A stretch of 64,000 nt of DNA, taken from IMG/VR virus record IMGVR_UViG_3300008085_000023, positions 64,001 through 128,000 of that record, one strand, 5' to 3'. The stretch comes from a virus. A program made the translations under genes and the position numbers. Shown one piece after another: positions 45,334-55,863 of the stretch. Position 1 is the stretch's first letter; every line of letters begins with the position of its first letter. The notes below the pieces were generated by a model. The model saw only the letters and a list, made by a program, of their open reading frames with translations. It was not told where the DNA came from and did no database searches.

Positions 45334-47250
45334 TTATAACATGTCTTTGTATGCGGATTCGACTATATTAAAATAGTTATCCCACGTTCGATCAGCCACC
45401 AAACTTGGAGCTATCTTTTTAAAATCAGCAAGGATCTGACGATCCTGTTCAATATCTTTGAGTTTGTCAACGAACGCTTCTGCTAAATCCCAACATATAT
45501 TTTTAGGTGGAAGTATTTCTGACGCGACACCACACTTCGTTGTTAGAACATAGATACCTGCAGCAGTAGCTTCTATTAACGGCAAAGGTGTTCCTTCATA
45601 TTTCGAACATATCACTAACACGTCGATCTTTTTAGCAGCGTTTACCGTAAATCTTTTTAGCAGCGGATCATTTATAACAGCAGCGTGTTCAGATATAACC
45701 AATTCAAATTTATTAGGGTCAAGCTTTTTAATAATATCAAAAAATAGATTCTCGCCCTTAACTCCATCAGGATAACTTCGCGTGATGTATCCTACCCGCA
45801 ATTTGCGGGTGCGGTTTATTGGCGAAGGTTTAAAGAGTGTAGTGTTAATAGGCGCCAATGGTGTAAGAACCCGGCGGGATGCCGATACATTATCGTAAAA
45901 CTTTAGTTGTTCTTGAGACGTGTAAAATACTTTAGCAAAACTACTAATCATAATTCTACGATACCCTGGTTTGTGCCGCTGTTCATCAAATGGACTGTCA
46001 TGCATCATATGAATGCCATGCTTGCAATACTTACTTGAACGTTCTATTGTCTTAAAAAACTTCTTTGAAATTTCACACGTCGGGCGCCAATACTGATATA
46101 TGTCAGCATCTGCTAATGGATTACATGTTTCAATGATTTCGTATTTGCCGGCAAATCTCTCTTTATAAAGATTAAGCATTTTCTCAAATACCCAATCTGA
46201 CTTACCGGACATTACCATATTGACCTTCGGCAAATTGGTTATCATTGCCGGACTGGCTGTAGTCATATCACGCTGTAAATATTCGTCGATACAATTTTTT
46301 ATCTTTTCTTTAAATGTCGGTATGTTAACATCACAAATTTCTTGCCACCAGTTGTATAGGAAGCGTTTTAATTTAGCGGGGTCAATGACGTCCTTTTTTG
46401 CAAGGGCTGTAGCTATTTGATCAGAAGTGTAATTCTGAAAAGTTCCAAGATAATAATCGGACTGCGCAAAAGTGAACACTGGTTTTAATCGACATAACGC
46501 TTCAAAGCCAACGCCCGAATTCATAACACAAACTGCTATTGCTTTGTCTAATAATAAGCGAACATCAGCTGTTGATACAAAGACGTCAGAATTACTTTTC
46601 ACAAGAGCTGCGATTGCAGTTCTCGATACATGCTGCTTATCAGTACCCGGATGTATCTTGATGACAGTTGCTATACCCAACATACGAGCGGCATCTATTG
46701 CGCGTCTTATCATTACAGTCGTCGACATAAATCGGCGCGTCATCACTGTATCGTCTTCAACTTGTAACGCAACAAAAATAAAGTCGTTTGGAATTGCAGC
46801 TTCAAGAGGAGCAGTGTTTTTCTCTTTGTATTTCGTATCACTTAGACATGGTTTAATGTGTTGTTCGTAAAAATCATTATACACTGATTCTCTAAGTATT
46901 TTACCAGACATCAAAGGTTTGTGGCATATATCAGAAAAACAACTATATCCACCCGATCCGAAATAAAACTGGTTTGGATAATAAACAGATTTGTACGTTA
47001 TCGTCTTAGGTAATGCTGGCGATGTTAAGTGGTGAGCTAGAAATAACTCAAACGTATGCTGATTAACTAAAATGTGTTGTGTTAAATCGGTTATCCCTTG
47101 AGTCGTTGGCGTTACTTCAAATATTTCGATATCATAGTCGTTCGAATATACATCACAGACGACTTGATACATTGCGTTCCAGTACAACCATGTCTGAGCA
47201 TCTGCGGCCCAACGGGGTTTGCTGACAACTATTTTTGGTTTTGAATTCAT
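45334..47250 (-). CDS. two-domain glycosyltransferase (KpsS/KpsC-like + GT4-like)
   Basis: ALQVEDD, KIHP, NSGVGFEAL; EGTPLPLIEA. Confidence 0.8.
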   Translation of the reverse strand: MNSKPKIVVSKPRWAADAQTWLYWNAMYQVVCDVYSNDYDIEIFEVTPTTQGITDLTQHILVNQHTFELFLAHHLTSPALPKTITYKSVYYPNQFYFGSGGYSCFSDICHKPLMSGKILRESVYNDFYEQHIKPCLSDTKYKEKNTAPLEAAIPNDFIFVALQVEDDTVMTRRFMSTTVMIRRAIDAARMLGIATVIKIHPGTDKQHVSRTAIAALVKSNSDVFVSTADVRLLLDKAIAVCVMNSGVGFEALCRLKPVFTFAQSDYYLGTFQNYTSDQIATALAKKDVIDPAKLKRFLYNWWQEICDVNIPTFKEKIKNCIDEYLQRDMTTASPAMITNLPKVNMVMSGKSDWVFEKMLNLYKERFAGKYEIIETCNPLADADIYQYWRPTCEISKKFFKTIERSSKYCKHGIHMMHDSPFDEQRHKPGYRRIMISSFAKVFYTSQEQLKFYDNVSASRRVLTPLAPINTTLFKPSPINRTRKLRVGYITRSYPDGVKGENLFFDIIKKLDPNKFELVISEHAAVINDPLLKRFTVNAAKKIDVLVICSKYEGTPLPLIEATAAGIYVLTTKCGVASEILPPKNICWDLAEAFVDKLKDIEQDRQILADFKKIAPSLVADRTWDNYFNIVESAYKDML

Positions 47251-47493
47251 TATAAACTATTACTCCGTTTCTGTCGCAAAATATAATTTCCGGCTTTAAT
47301 ATGTTTATCACACTGTGTGACAGTTTCAGCATGATCATCTATGAACGAAAAGAGTCATATCCATATGACATACAAAACTTAGAAACTTCATCAAACGATT
47401 GACTTGATAGTAGCTCAATGAAAATGACAGGCTTGTCCTTCTTTACAAGCATCTCAACTTGGTGATTGGATATCTCTATAGATGTTGTTTCAT
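47247..47493 (-). pseudogene. FkbM-like methyltransferase remnant
   Basis: LVKKDKPVIFIE...GY C-terminal fragment only, broken frames. Confidence 0.45.
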
Positions 47494-48122
47494 TCATTTC
47501 TTTTTGTACCCCAATATCGCAAAGTCATCAGCATAAAACTCGTTGATATGTTTAATTGTATTTGGCGTTAAGTAGTAATCTACGCTTTGGCGGGAAATGG
47601 GATTATTATTTTCTTTACGTGCTGTAGCATTTATATGCTTCAGTTCATCTTTAGAAGTATTGAATGGAAGCGATAACCATGCTTCGTTCAAATCTTCAAA
47701 TGGTATAATTGCATCGAACATGTTAGGATATATCCAATCGATTTGGGGCTGGGCGTGGATGCAATGGGTTCCAGATTGTCCGAGTTCTGGCAAATGCCTA
47801 CAGAAGTTTTCGAATGAAATGTCATTTCCTAAAATAGCTATCATCTTTCCACCCTTGGCCCAACGTTTCAGGGGCGGAACTGGCTCTATTGGTCCGTCAG
47901 CTTGTCCGCGGTGTGTAGTGGCCCACCATACTGACACAATACGGTCATACGGATTTCGAACAATTGTGAATTTGAAAAAGTCTCTGTATTCTTTAGGAAT
48001 TACTTTATGATGTTCTTTATACAATTCGCCTGCAAACACATTGCGTAAAGAATTGTATACACTACGTGTTCCCGTTTTTGGAATTGCAACAAAACTACTT
48101 TATGTTTATTTGATATAATCAT
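47494..48122 (-). pseudogene. sulfotransferase family 2, frameshifted near the N-terminus
   Basis: MIISNKHK in one frame; FVAIPKTGT, FTIVRNPYDRIVS, HAQPQ in another. Confidence 0.8.
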
Positions 48123-48129
48123 GGTCACC

Positions 48130-48363
48130 TCACAAACTTAAACATTCGCGCATCCATTGAATTTGTTTTACAGGCGAGGATGTTTCTGTTACAACTGGTA
48201 ATTCATTGACATCTGTTAGTGTTACATCAACAAATGCTGCTTCTAGGATGCTTAGTATGTAGCGAGGATGGGAATTATAAAACAGGTGTTGACCTAATGT
48301 CTGTAAACCGACGTCATTCCAGAACTTTGTATACTTTGGAAATCTCGCTGTTAGATTCTTCAT
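48130..48363 (-). CDS. hypothetical protein
   Basis: short ORF filling the gap. Confidence 0.45.
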   Translation of the reverse strand: MKNLTARFPKYTKFWNDVGLQTLGQHLFYNSHPRYILSILEAAFVDVTLTDVNELPVVTETSSPVKQIQWMRECLSL

Positions 48364-48393
48364 TATAAAATTATCGCATGTAACGCCTTAGCG

Positions 48394-49200
48394 CTATGAT
48401 ATAGGAATTAGATCGCTGATGAAATATCGTTTTCCGCTATAATCAACAACATAATTTGTTTTCCGCTCTTTAATGACAAAGCGTATGTTCGTCTTAATAG
48501 AACATACTGTTTCACCGAGTCTAAAAATCTCATTAGCAACATAAAGTTCACGAACATCTGACTTTTTCGGTAGTTGCACGTGCTCGCGGAAAGACTTTAT
48601 AACCGGCATATTCATACCTTTACGAATGTCATTCAAGAGTTTCTCGACATCATTAAAACCCCGAGGCATTCCAGTTGAAAACAATTTCAGATCACCATCT
48701 GCTGCGGCGGCGCGGAGTTTAGAAGCTGACATTGCACTTACTACATCATCTGCATCGGGATCACGAGCTCCGGCCGAGATCAGGTGAATACCATCAGGGA
48801 AGTTATAGTACTTACCATTTGATTCAACACCATTATATTTAACAAGGAACTCGAACGCTTTCAGGCGGTCTGAACCAACTACTAACTGCGCCTTAGTATA
48901 TCCCATATCATATAGCTTTATAATGGCATCTAGGGGTGTCTTGATGGCTCGATCGATGTCTATGTTCTTGGCGTACTTCGGAAACATCTTCTTGAGATAT
49001 TTTCCCTTTAGTTCAAACGGTAATGGATTCTTTTTAGGATCCTCTGATTGTGATGGAAAGATAAAGAAGTCTCCACCTTTAGCGGTTTGCTTTACTTTGT
49101 CAAGTAGCTTTTCGTGACCTACTGTGGGAGGATTAAAACGGCCAAAGGCAAACGTAACTGTCTTTGTGGTTTCTTCTCTAAATTGACTAAATGATTTCAT
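48394..49200 (-). CDS. cytidyltransferase-like (HIGH) protein
   Basis: FGRFNPPTVGH, VVGSDR, MSASKLR. Confidence 0.88.
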   Translation of the reverse strand: MKSFSQFREETTKTVTFAFGRFNPPTVGHEKLLDKVKQTAKGGDFFIFPSQSEDPKKNPLPFELKGKYLKKMFPKYAKNIDIDRAIKTPLDAIIKLYDMGYTKAQLVVGSDRLKAFEFLVKYNGVESNGKYYNFPDGIHLISAGARDPDADDVVSAMSASKLRAAAADGDLKLFSTGMPRGFNDVEKLLNDIRKGMNMPVIKSFREHVQLPKKSDVRELYVANEIFRLGETVCSIKTNIRFVIKERKTNYVVDYSGKRYFISDLIPIS

Positions 49201-49619
49201 GATCGTTTCCCTAAAATATATTTATTTGTTATGGCATTCGAAGTTATGAAGTCAACTCGAAAATTAGTTGGATCGGCCGGACGCAGTTCTGGTAATTTAT
49301 CACGGGCAAATGATACTAATACAGCGCCATCTTTATGATCCTTCCAAGCTCTAATTGCAAATCGTCCTGCGAGCTGGATGTCTTCTGTAACGTATGGTGA
49401 ATCCCCTCCACGCGTGTTGCCCTGACCCATTGAGGTAATCATCTTCTCATGAATAAGCGCTCTATACTCTTTCATGCACATCCCGCGATACACCTCACGA
49501 GGATTGCTTATCATCTTCGAAATCTTTATTGCTATCTTAAGCTCTTCGCCCTTAGGTTCAAACAACAAGTAATCAAAAACTGTTTTAGCTTCTCGTAAAT
49601 ATGTTAGAAAGTTTTTCAT
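49197..49619 (-). CDS. hypothetical, possibly ADP-ribosyltransferase fold
   Basis: VYRG...YVTED..A..FA pattern. Confidence 0.4.
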   Translation of the reverse strand: MKNFLTYLREAKTVFDYLLFEPKGEELKIAIKISKMISNPREVYRGMCMKEYRALIHEKMITSMGQGNTRGGDSPYVTEDIQLAGRFAIRAWKDHKDGAVLVSFARDKLPELRPADPTNFRVDFITSNAITNKYILGKRS

Positions 49620-49628
49620 TAGTTAAAT

Positions 49629-50864
49629 TCAATTCCAACCTTTTAAAATGTCCGGCGAGAAGTTAAGATATGAAAAGTTTAGTCTATCAACCAACTTAAC
49701 AGCATTACCTTTTTGATCAATAGCAACATATCCTTCGGGCTCAGTCACTTTATATGTACCATCCTGCATTTTAACAAACGTTGATGTCTGTTGAATCTCG
49801 TTCATCTTGTTGACGATATACATTTTAGCATCGACGATAGCGTTCTGCAATTGAAATAACTTGTCAAGCTCAGCCATGTTTTTCTTAGAGAAGAAAGCCA
49901 TAAACTCGTCGTGTTTAGCCTGCACTGAAATTTTGCCTTTTTCTGATTTACGCTTTTCGATTTCAGCTGCTGCTCGAGCGTTAAACCAATCAATGAGGTT
50001 TGAAACATGCCGCGATGTATTACCAATTCGCTCTCCCTTTCGAACGAGTGTATTGTTATACTGCTCGATTAGACGGGCGAGTGCTGGATCATTTTCTAGA
50101 TCCTTGAGAATGCTGCTAGATAACTTTTGGAATATCTTGCCTGCATTTGAAAGAATCTTTGTTACTGCATCGGAATCCTTCTTTGTAAATGTTGCTGTAC
50201 CAGAAAGATCGTGGTACTCGGCATCTTGCATCCACACCGTAGGTTTCTGCATAATACCTGATAGGTTAACTTTATATGAAGCCTTCATGTTATCAAGAGA
50301 TGGTCCTGTATAAGTCGTATGGAATACCACACCAATATTAGCCTTCTTGATCTTATTAGCTAGATCTGAGCCTACAGGTACTGCATATACAATCGTATTG
50401 GGCTGGAAGGTGATATACTTCTCTCCACCAATCGTCTCGGTTGTCAGGTCACTCTTGGTGAACATTAAATCCCCTTGGATTATATTCACTATACCCGTAT
50501 CCTTAAGTTCATTGAAGGCCGTCTTGAGCTTCTCTGCCAAATCACCCGATGTATCAGCATCAATGTCTTCTACAGATTTATACACCTTTGGATTCTTAGC
50601 AAATAGTCCTTTCTTCGCAATAAAAAATTTGTTATCTGCGGGATCCTCTCCAACAAAAATTGCCGGCGCGCCGTCCCATTTAACCGTGCGGTTAATAGGT
50701 GATGTGGCGTTACCTGCCATTGTATCGCGGATTCCCCGAAGCATGTTAATAGCGTTGCGTACACCACCGACTCCACCATAAAGCACGAGGTCATCAATGT
50801 GTGTCATATGGGTGTTTTTACCGTCGGCATACGCCTCGGCTAAGTATTCTCTAAATGATTGCAT
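49629..50864 (-). CDS. conserved T4-like protein with ligase-like motifs
   Basis: KWDG, QGD, EGYV, VKLVDR. Confidence 0.65.
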   Translation of the reverse strand: MQSFREYLAEAYADGKNTHMTHIDDLVLYGGVGGVRNAINMLRGIRDTMAGNATSPINRTVKWDGAPAIFVGEDPADNKFFIAKKGLFAKNPKVYKSVEDIDADTSGDLAEKLKTAFNELKDTGIVNIIQGDLMFTKSDLTTETIGGEKYITFQPNTIVYAVPVGSDLANKIKKANIGVVFHTTYTGPSLDNMKASYKVNLSGIMQKPTVWMQDAEYHDLSGTATFTKKDSDAVTKILSNAGKIFQKLSSSILKDLENDPALARLIEQYNNTLVRKGERIGNTSRHVSNLIDWFNARAAAEIEKRKSEKGKISVQAKHDEFMAFFSKKNMAELDKLFQLQNAIVDAKMYIVNKMNEIQQTSTFVKMQDGTYKVTEPEGYVAIDQKGNAVKLVDRLNFSYLNFSPDILKGWN

Positions 50865-50873
50865 ATTATTTCC

Positions 50874-52376
50874 TTAATGAAATAGCGCCTTGAGTTCAGG
50901 ACGCATTGTAGCCATGATTGAAGGTGAACTTCTAAAGTTACCTTTATAACGCATAACGATATCTAATAGAGGAGTTCCACCGACCGTCAAAATATATGTT
51001 AACGTTGCCGATGTTGCTCCAGCCTGAAATGCCTGCTTAACCTTGGGGTTTTGCTTCATTTCAATTTTACCTTTGCTAAGTAAGTCGTCAAGAACAGTCG
51101 TCATCGTGTTAACGTCTTTATACTCGCCCTTTTCAATAACCGGGCCACTCTTAAGATATCGACCGATGCCTGTAACTAGAGCAAAATCAAAGTTAACCTC
51201 TTTAAGATCCTTCAGCTCAGATTTGAAGATTAGTTTAATAAGACTTTCGGCAAATGGTTTAGCTTGAGCTTTAAACAATTCATCAATCGTTTTTAACACA
51301 CTCTTCTGCGATTTGAGAGCAGCATTAATTAAACGATTATCAAGCGCATTCACGAATGTCTTCCATGGACGCTTAGCGCCTGAACCAATGAGCTCTGTAA
51401 GCGCAGCAGCTTTACCCTTTTTAAGAATTGTTTGTAATTCTTTTTGAATCGCTGGTTGGAATTCATTTACATTATCAATGATCATTCCTGAATAGAACTT
51501 GCCAATTTGATCATCCAATTTATCCAACGCCATTCGTTGTTCTGCATTAGGGTTGTCATCCATCTCGTTAAGAGCCGCGGCTAATCCAGTGAATCCTTTA
51601 TTAATAAGCGTGGGATCGGCAGCGTTACCAGAGCCCTTCTTTTTTAATGATACACCAAGAAAGTTTTTACCCTTTTTGATAATGTAATCTGAAGAGTTAA
51701 AATCCTTCATTCCATACTTGGAAACTTGGAACTGCTTAACGTCATCGTCCCAAGCTTGGCCGGTAAGATATACTGTATCAGCACCTTGATACATAGAAGG
51801 AATCGTTGCCGCCGCTGATATAGCAGCACAAAGGTTTCCATAATCAGCCGCCATTCCGGAAATCTGACCCGCCGTAGCGCCTTTAACTTTGCCGCTCTTT
51901 ACAACCTTTTGTAATTCAGCGATGATAGTATCTAGTTCTTCAGGCGTTTTTGGATCGGGCACTGACGACAACAGTGCGATGGCTGCTGAGAATAATTCGT
52001 TTGGATCGCCATCAGACTTGAATCCTGCAGCGGGACGGTTTTGGATGTATACTGACTTCTTAATATCGGGATGAGTGAGCGCAAGGTCTTTACCAATACG
52101 ATCAGGCTTGGTGACCTTGCCGAGTTTCCACTTTTCATCCGCCTTTACAATTTCTTCAGCTTTAGATACATAGGAGGTGCGTAAATGTCCTGGTATATAC
52201 TGATCAACATAGATTGTTTTACTATTTGTTTTAGAGTTGATTGAACTTTCGGTAACATCTACAGACTGAATTCCAGTATCCAGCTTTTCTAGAAATTGGA
52301 TTGTGATTATCTCTGCATCAGTTTGTGGCGGCCGAACAGCTTCATTTAGATGAAGATAGTCGATAAAATTAAGCAT
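50874..52376 (-). CDS. hypothetical, possibly PD-(D/E)XK nuclease
   Basis: E...SSDYII...GVSLKK; late promoter. Confidence 0.5.
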   Translation of the reverse strand: MLNFIDYLHLNEAVRPPQTDAEIITIQFLEKLDTGIQSVDVTESSINSKTNSKTIYVDQYIPGHLRTSYVSKAEEIVKADEKWKLGKVTKPDRIGKDLALTHPDIKKSVYIQNRPAAGFKSDGDPNELFSAAIALLSSVPDPKTPEELDTIIAELQKVVKSGKVKGATAGQISGMAADYGNLCAAISAAATIPSMYQGADTVYLTGQAWDDDVKQFQVSKYGMKDFNSSDYIIKKGKNFLGVSLKKKGSGNAADPTLINKGFTGLAAALNEMDDNPNAEQRMALDKLDDQIGKFYSGMIIDNVNEFQPAIQKELQTILKKGKAAALTELIGSGAKRPWKTFVNALDNRLINAALKSQKSVLKTIDELFKAQAKPFAESLIKLIFKSELKDLKEVNFDFALVTGIGRYLKSGPVIEKGEYKDVNTMTTVLDDLLSKGKIEMKQNPKVKQAFQAGATSATLTYILTVGGTPLLDIVMRYKGNFRSSPSIMATMRPELKALFH

Positions 52377-52418
52377 AAAAATCCTTGTGATTAGCTATTC
52401 TATAGTATTTATATAGGT

Positions 52419-54134
52419 TTAGGTCTCTATAGCTGCGTGGGTGAATAAGTCTTTTTTGTAAACCTTAATCAATCGACTAAAATCAGATGACTCTTTAACT
52501 TCGCCACGATGCGAAATAACCACAATATTACTGTCAGCTTCAAGCGTGTCAAATACTGTCTTTAATGCGTTCAACCCAGGTTCGTCAAGTGATGCGTCCA
52601 TGATCTCATCAAGAATAAGCAAGTTGACGTCAGTGCTATGCTTCAATTTAGCAATACGTCTCCATGTAAACATTAACGCTAAATCAATCCGCGCCTTTTC
52701 ACCTTCTGAGAAGGATGCGTATGAAAAATCATCGCGGTGGCGTGATCTAATCTTTTCATTGAAATTCTCATCAATGGTAAACGATACGAAAAAGTCAAAC
52801 AACTGGAGATATTCATTGATCATACGATTCATTGCAGGAAGGTACTGCTTAATGATCTTGGTTTTAATTCCAGTATCCTTAAGCAATTCATCACACATAC
52901 TTTGATAGCGTATACCTTCGAGATGCTTTGTACGTATATCTCGTTTCTCATTTAACTCGACCAATAGACTAGTAAGATGCTCTTTGGCGTGAATCAGTCT
53001 ATTTTCACTATGCGTTTCATTAATTGAATCGAGCTTAGCAAGCTTTTCAGCTTCTTTTGTTTGAATCAAACGCTGAAGATACGAAATATCACCGTGTAGT
53101 TTATTACGCTCAGTTTGAATATCAATAGCAGTCTGATAATTCTTTTCGATTTCAACAACTTTAGCTTTAAGTGCAGCATAACCATCGCTGACATTACTAA
53201 TCTTGTGAGTCAGACTGTCAATCATTTTCTGCTTGGTTTTCATTGTAATAGTCTGAGAACACGAAGGACACACATCATGTTCTTTGAAAAACTCTGCACT
53301 TGCCGAAAGGCGTTTTATCTTCCCGCTAGTACTAGCCTCGTATTGGCGTATTAGGTCGCGCTGCTTGCGAGTTTCCTTAACATTTAACGTTTCAAGCTCA
53401 CCAAGCGTATAAGAAATGTCTTCAATTTTAATTCCCAAATCAACAATTTCTTGATCGATGACGTTAATCTCAGTTTCAATACGATCGCGGTTATTATCTG
53501 TAATAGATGTAATATCATTGATGTGCTCTTTTTGTAATTCAATCTTTGATTCAATTACGTCACATTCGCGATCAAGGGTTGCAAGGGTTTCCTTAGTGGC
53601 CGCCTTTTCATCACGCAAGACACTATTCATTTTCGAAAAGATACTAATGTCTAGCAAATCCTCAATAACACCACGACGATGATACGGCGCTAATTGCATA
53701 AATGGAATAAATGATGAAGATCCAAGCACTACAATTTGATGAAACGAACGATGATTCAACTTAAGAATGCTATTCTCTAGAACCTTCTGATAATCACGTG
53801 AATGCGATTGTTGGTTAATCATAACACCATTTTTGAATATTTCAAAAATGTTGGGTTTGATCCCACGACGAACGCAATACTTAGTTGTGCCAATGCTGAA
53901 TTCAATTTCAACAAGCGTGTCTTTACCGTTTACAGAGTTAACTAATTGTGGCTTGTTAATATCACGATGCGGTTTACCAAATAATCCAAATGACAATGCG
54001 TCCAGTAAAATAGATTTACCTTCCCCATTGGCTCCAACAATTAAAGTCGTAGGTGAAGTATTAAGTTCAATTTCAACTGGCTTATCACCAGTGCTTAAAA
54101 AGTTAGAATAAGTAATCTTCTTAAAGACTATCAT
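52419..54134 (-). CDS. 46: recombination exonuclease ATPase subunit
   Basis: GANGEGKS, CPSC hook, FSEGE, LILDE. Confidence 0.95.
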   Translation of the reverse strand: MIVFKKITYSNFLSTGDKPVEIELNTSPTTLIVGANGEGKSILLDALSFGLFGKPHRDINKPQLVNSVNGKDTLVEIEFSIGTTKYCVRRGIKPNIFEIFKNGVMINQQSHSRDYQKVLENSILKLNHRSFHQIVVLGSSSFIPFMQLAPYHRRGVIEDLLDISIFSKMNSVLRDEKAATKETLATLDRECDVIESKIELQKEHINDITSITDNNRDRIETEINVIDQEIVDLGIKIEDISYTLGELETLNVKETRKQRDLIRQYEASTSGKIKRLSASAEFFKEHDVCPSCSQTITMKTKQKMIDSLTHKISNVSDGYAALKAKVVEIEKNYQTAIDIQTERNKLHGDISYLQRLIQTKEAEKLAKLDSINETHSENRLIHAKEHLTSLLVELNEKRDIRTKHLEGIRYQSMCDELLKDTGIKTKIIKQYLPAMNRMINEYLQLFDFFVSFTIDENFNEKIRSRHRDDFSYASFSEGEKARIDLALMFTWRRIAKLKHSTDVNLLILDEIMDASLDEPGLNALKTVFDTLEADSNIVVISHRGEVKESSDFSRLIKVYKKDLFTHAAIET

Positions 54135-55216
54135 ATTACTGTCTCCAACATTGATGCTTCTGCATAAAGGTGCTGCAACATGGTTTTTAGTTTATCCTTA
54201 TCAAGAGGAGTCGAAAGTGTATTATCGACGTAATCATCTATAAGCGTCGATGTGTCTTCAATTGCTTCAATGTTTTCTTCAGCTTCAATTGATGAACCAA
54301 CGTCAAAGTTTTCAATAACCGAAAGATCAAATGGATTCTTCTGTTGAATCTGATTAATGAACTGATCAAAAATATGATAGTTGTTTTTTTTCTGCACAAC
54401 AACTCTAACAAACGTATCAGTAATATTGCTGATATCGGCGTTAGCTAAAATGTCTTCAATCGACTCAGCATCTGTATCATTGTAATAGAAACGATAATAC
54501 AAATAATTAGTGTTCTGCACGGCGTGCACGTCTCGCGATACAGTATCTAGCACGTGGAAGAATTTGCCATCATCAACATCACTCCAATTGAATTCGTACT
54601 GAGATCCCAAATACATTACATTTTGATGGGTGCCCCGTGTATGATAATGACCAGATAACACTAAATCGTATTGAGAAAATACTGAAAGGTTCTCACCCTG
54701 TGATTTAATATTTGAATTTGCTATGTACTTGAATCCAGCAACTTCAAAGTGGCCGGCAAGTATTGGACATGTAGAATTAGCAATGAAGTGGAGTGAGTCG
54801 CTATAGTTCGTATTATTGATCCATGGAACAAGACCAACATCAACGCCATCATAATCGATAATAGTAGGTTCCATGTGCAGTGTAACACAATCAGAATAAT
54901 GCTTTAGCACTTCAACCAATGAACAAAGGTCATTGGTATTACGAAAAAATGTATCGTGATTTCCAGGAATAACATGCATATGCATATTATTTTCTGCAAG
55001 TTTTTCCAAGAATTGTTCACGAACAAAACGTAATGTCTTAATTGATATTTGACGTCTATTATCAAACATGTCACCAAGATGAAGTATTTCTGTGATACCA
55101 TGTTCTTTACAATATGGAAAGAAAACGTTTCTATAAAACAAACTTTGATAGTTCATATAATGTGATGAACCGTTTTTATACCCAAAGTGTGTGTCATTAA
55201 GGATTGCTATTTTCAA
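54131..55216 (-). CDS. 47: recombination nuclease subunit
   Basis: DTHFG, GDMFD, GNHD, SGHYH; likely TTG start at 55216. Confidence 0.95.
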   Translation of the reverse strand: MKIAILNDTHFGYKNGSSHYMNYQSLFYRNVFFPYCKEHGITEILHLGDMFDNRRQISIKTLRFVREQFLEKLAENNMHMHVIPGNHDTFFRNTNDLCSLVEVLKHYSDCVTLHMEPTIIDYDGVDVGLVPWINNTNYSDSLHFIANSTCPILAGHFEVAGFKYIANSNIKSQGENLSVFSQYDLVLSGHYHTRGTHQNVMYLGSQYEFNWSDVDDGKFFHVLDTVSRDVHAVQNTNYLYYRFYYNDTDAESIEDILANADISNITDTFVRVVVQKKNNYHIFDQFINQIQQKNPFDLSVIENFDVGSSIEAEENIEAIEDTSTLIDDYVDNTLSTPLDKDKLKTMLQHLYAEASMLETVI

Positions 55217-55220
55217 AGTA

Positions 55221-55700
55221 TCACCAGTTTTCGTGCCGCGTCCGCATTCTCTCAACTATACCATTGGCTTCGTTGTTATAGCTATCATTCTGCATAAATT
55301 GATCAATACCAGAATTACTAATGACGCGTTCTTTAATTTCCTGCTGGCGCTTCTCTTTAGCTATACGGCGCAGAAATGCAAAGTAAATGATTTGAGTAAA
55401 ATATCCAAAAGCATTTGGTGCACCGCCTCGTGTTTTTGCCTTAGGGTTATAGTTACCAACGGCTTTCACACAATTCTCAACACCATCCATCACCATATCT
55501 TGACGATACGAATAAGAATAAAAGCATGGTTTGTGGGATAAACCTTCGGCCATCCTCAAAAAACACTCTGCTACATAATCTGGCATAGGCGTGTCTCGGT
55601 CCTTGCGTAAAGTATATTCAACTACAGCCGCAGTAAAATCCTTGTTACTGACGTAGTGCTCTGGAGCTCGTCTAGTTCGTGTTTGTTTCATATTAGCCAA
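55221..55700 (-). CDS. 55: late sigma factor
   Basis: HYVSNK, NAFGYFTQIIYFAFLRRIAKEK. Confidence 0.95.
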   Translation of the reverse strand: MANMKQTRTRRAPEHYVSNKDFTAAVVEYTLRKDRDTPMPDYVAECFLRMAEGLSHKPCFYSYSYRQDMVMDGVENCVKAVGNYNPKAKTRGGAPNAFGYFTQIIYFAFLRRIAKEKRQQEIKERVISNSGIDQFMQNDSYNNEANGIVERMRTRHENW

Positions 55701-55720
55701 TCTGTTTAATTGATAGATCT

Positions 55721-55750
55721 ATACTACCATAATTTAAAGGGTTTGTACAC
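55721..55750 (-). promoter_or_regulatory. early-type promoter for 55-47-46
   Basis: GTGTACA-N17-TAGTAT. Confidence 0.75.
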
Positions 55751-55786
55751 AACTTTGTGTTGTTAACATATTGTGTAAAAATAAAA

Positions 55787-55816
55787 GTGTACAAGCTTAT
55801 TCGAGTATGGTATAAT
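55787..55816 (+). promoter_or_regulatory. divergent early-type promoter with no plus-strand gene
   Basis: GTGTACA-N17-TATAAT with TG extension. Confidence 0.8.
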
Positions 55817-55863
55817 CCTATCTAAGTTAATCGAACAAACAAAGCCAGTTGGAGTTTTAATAT

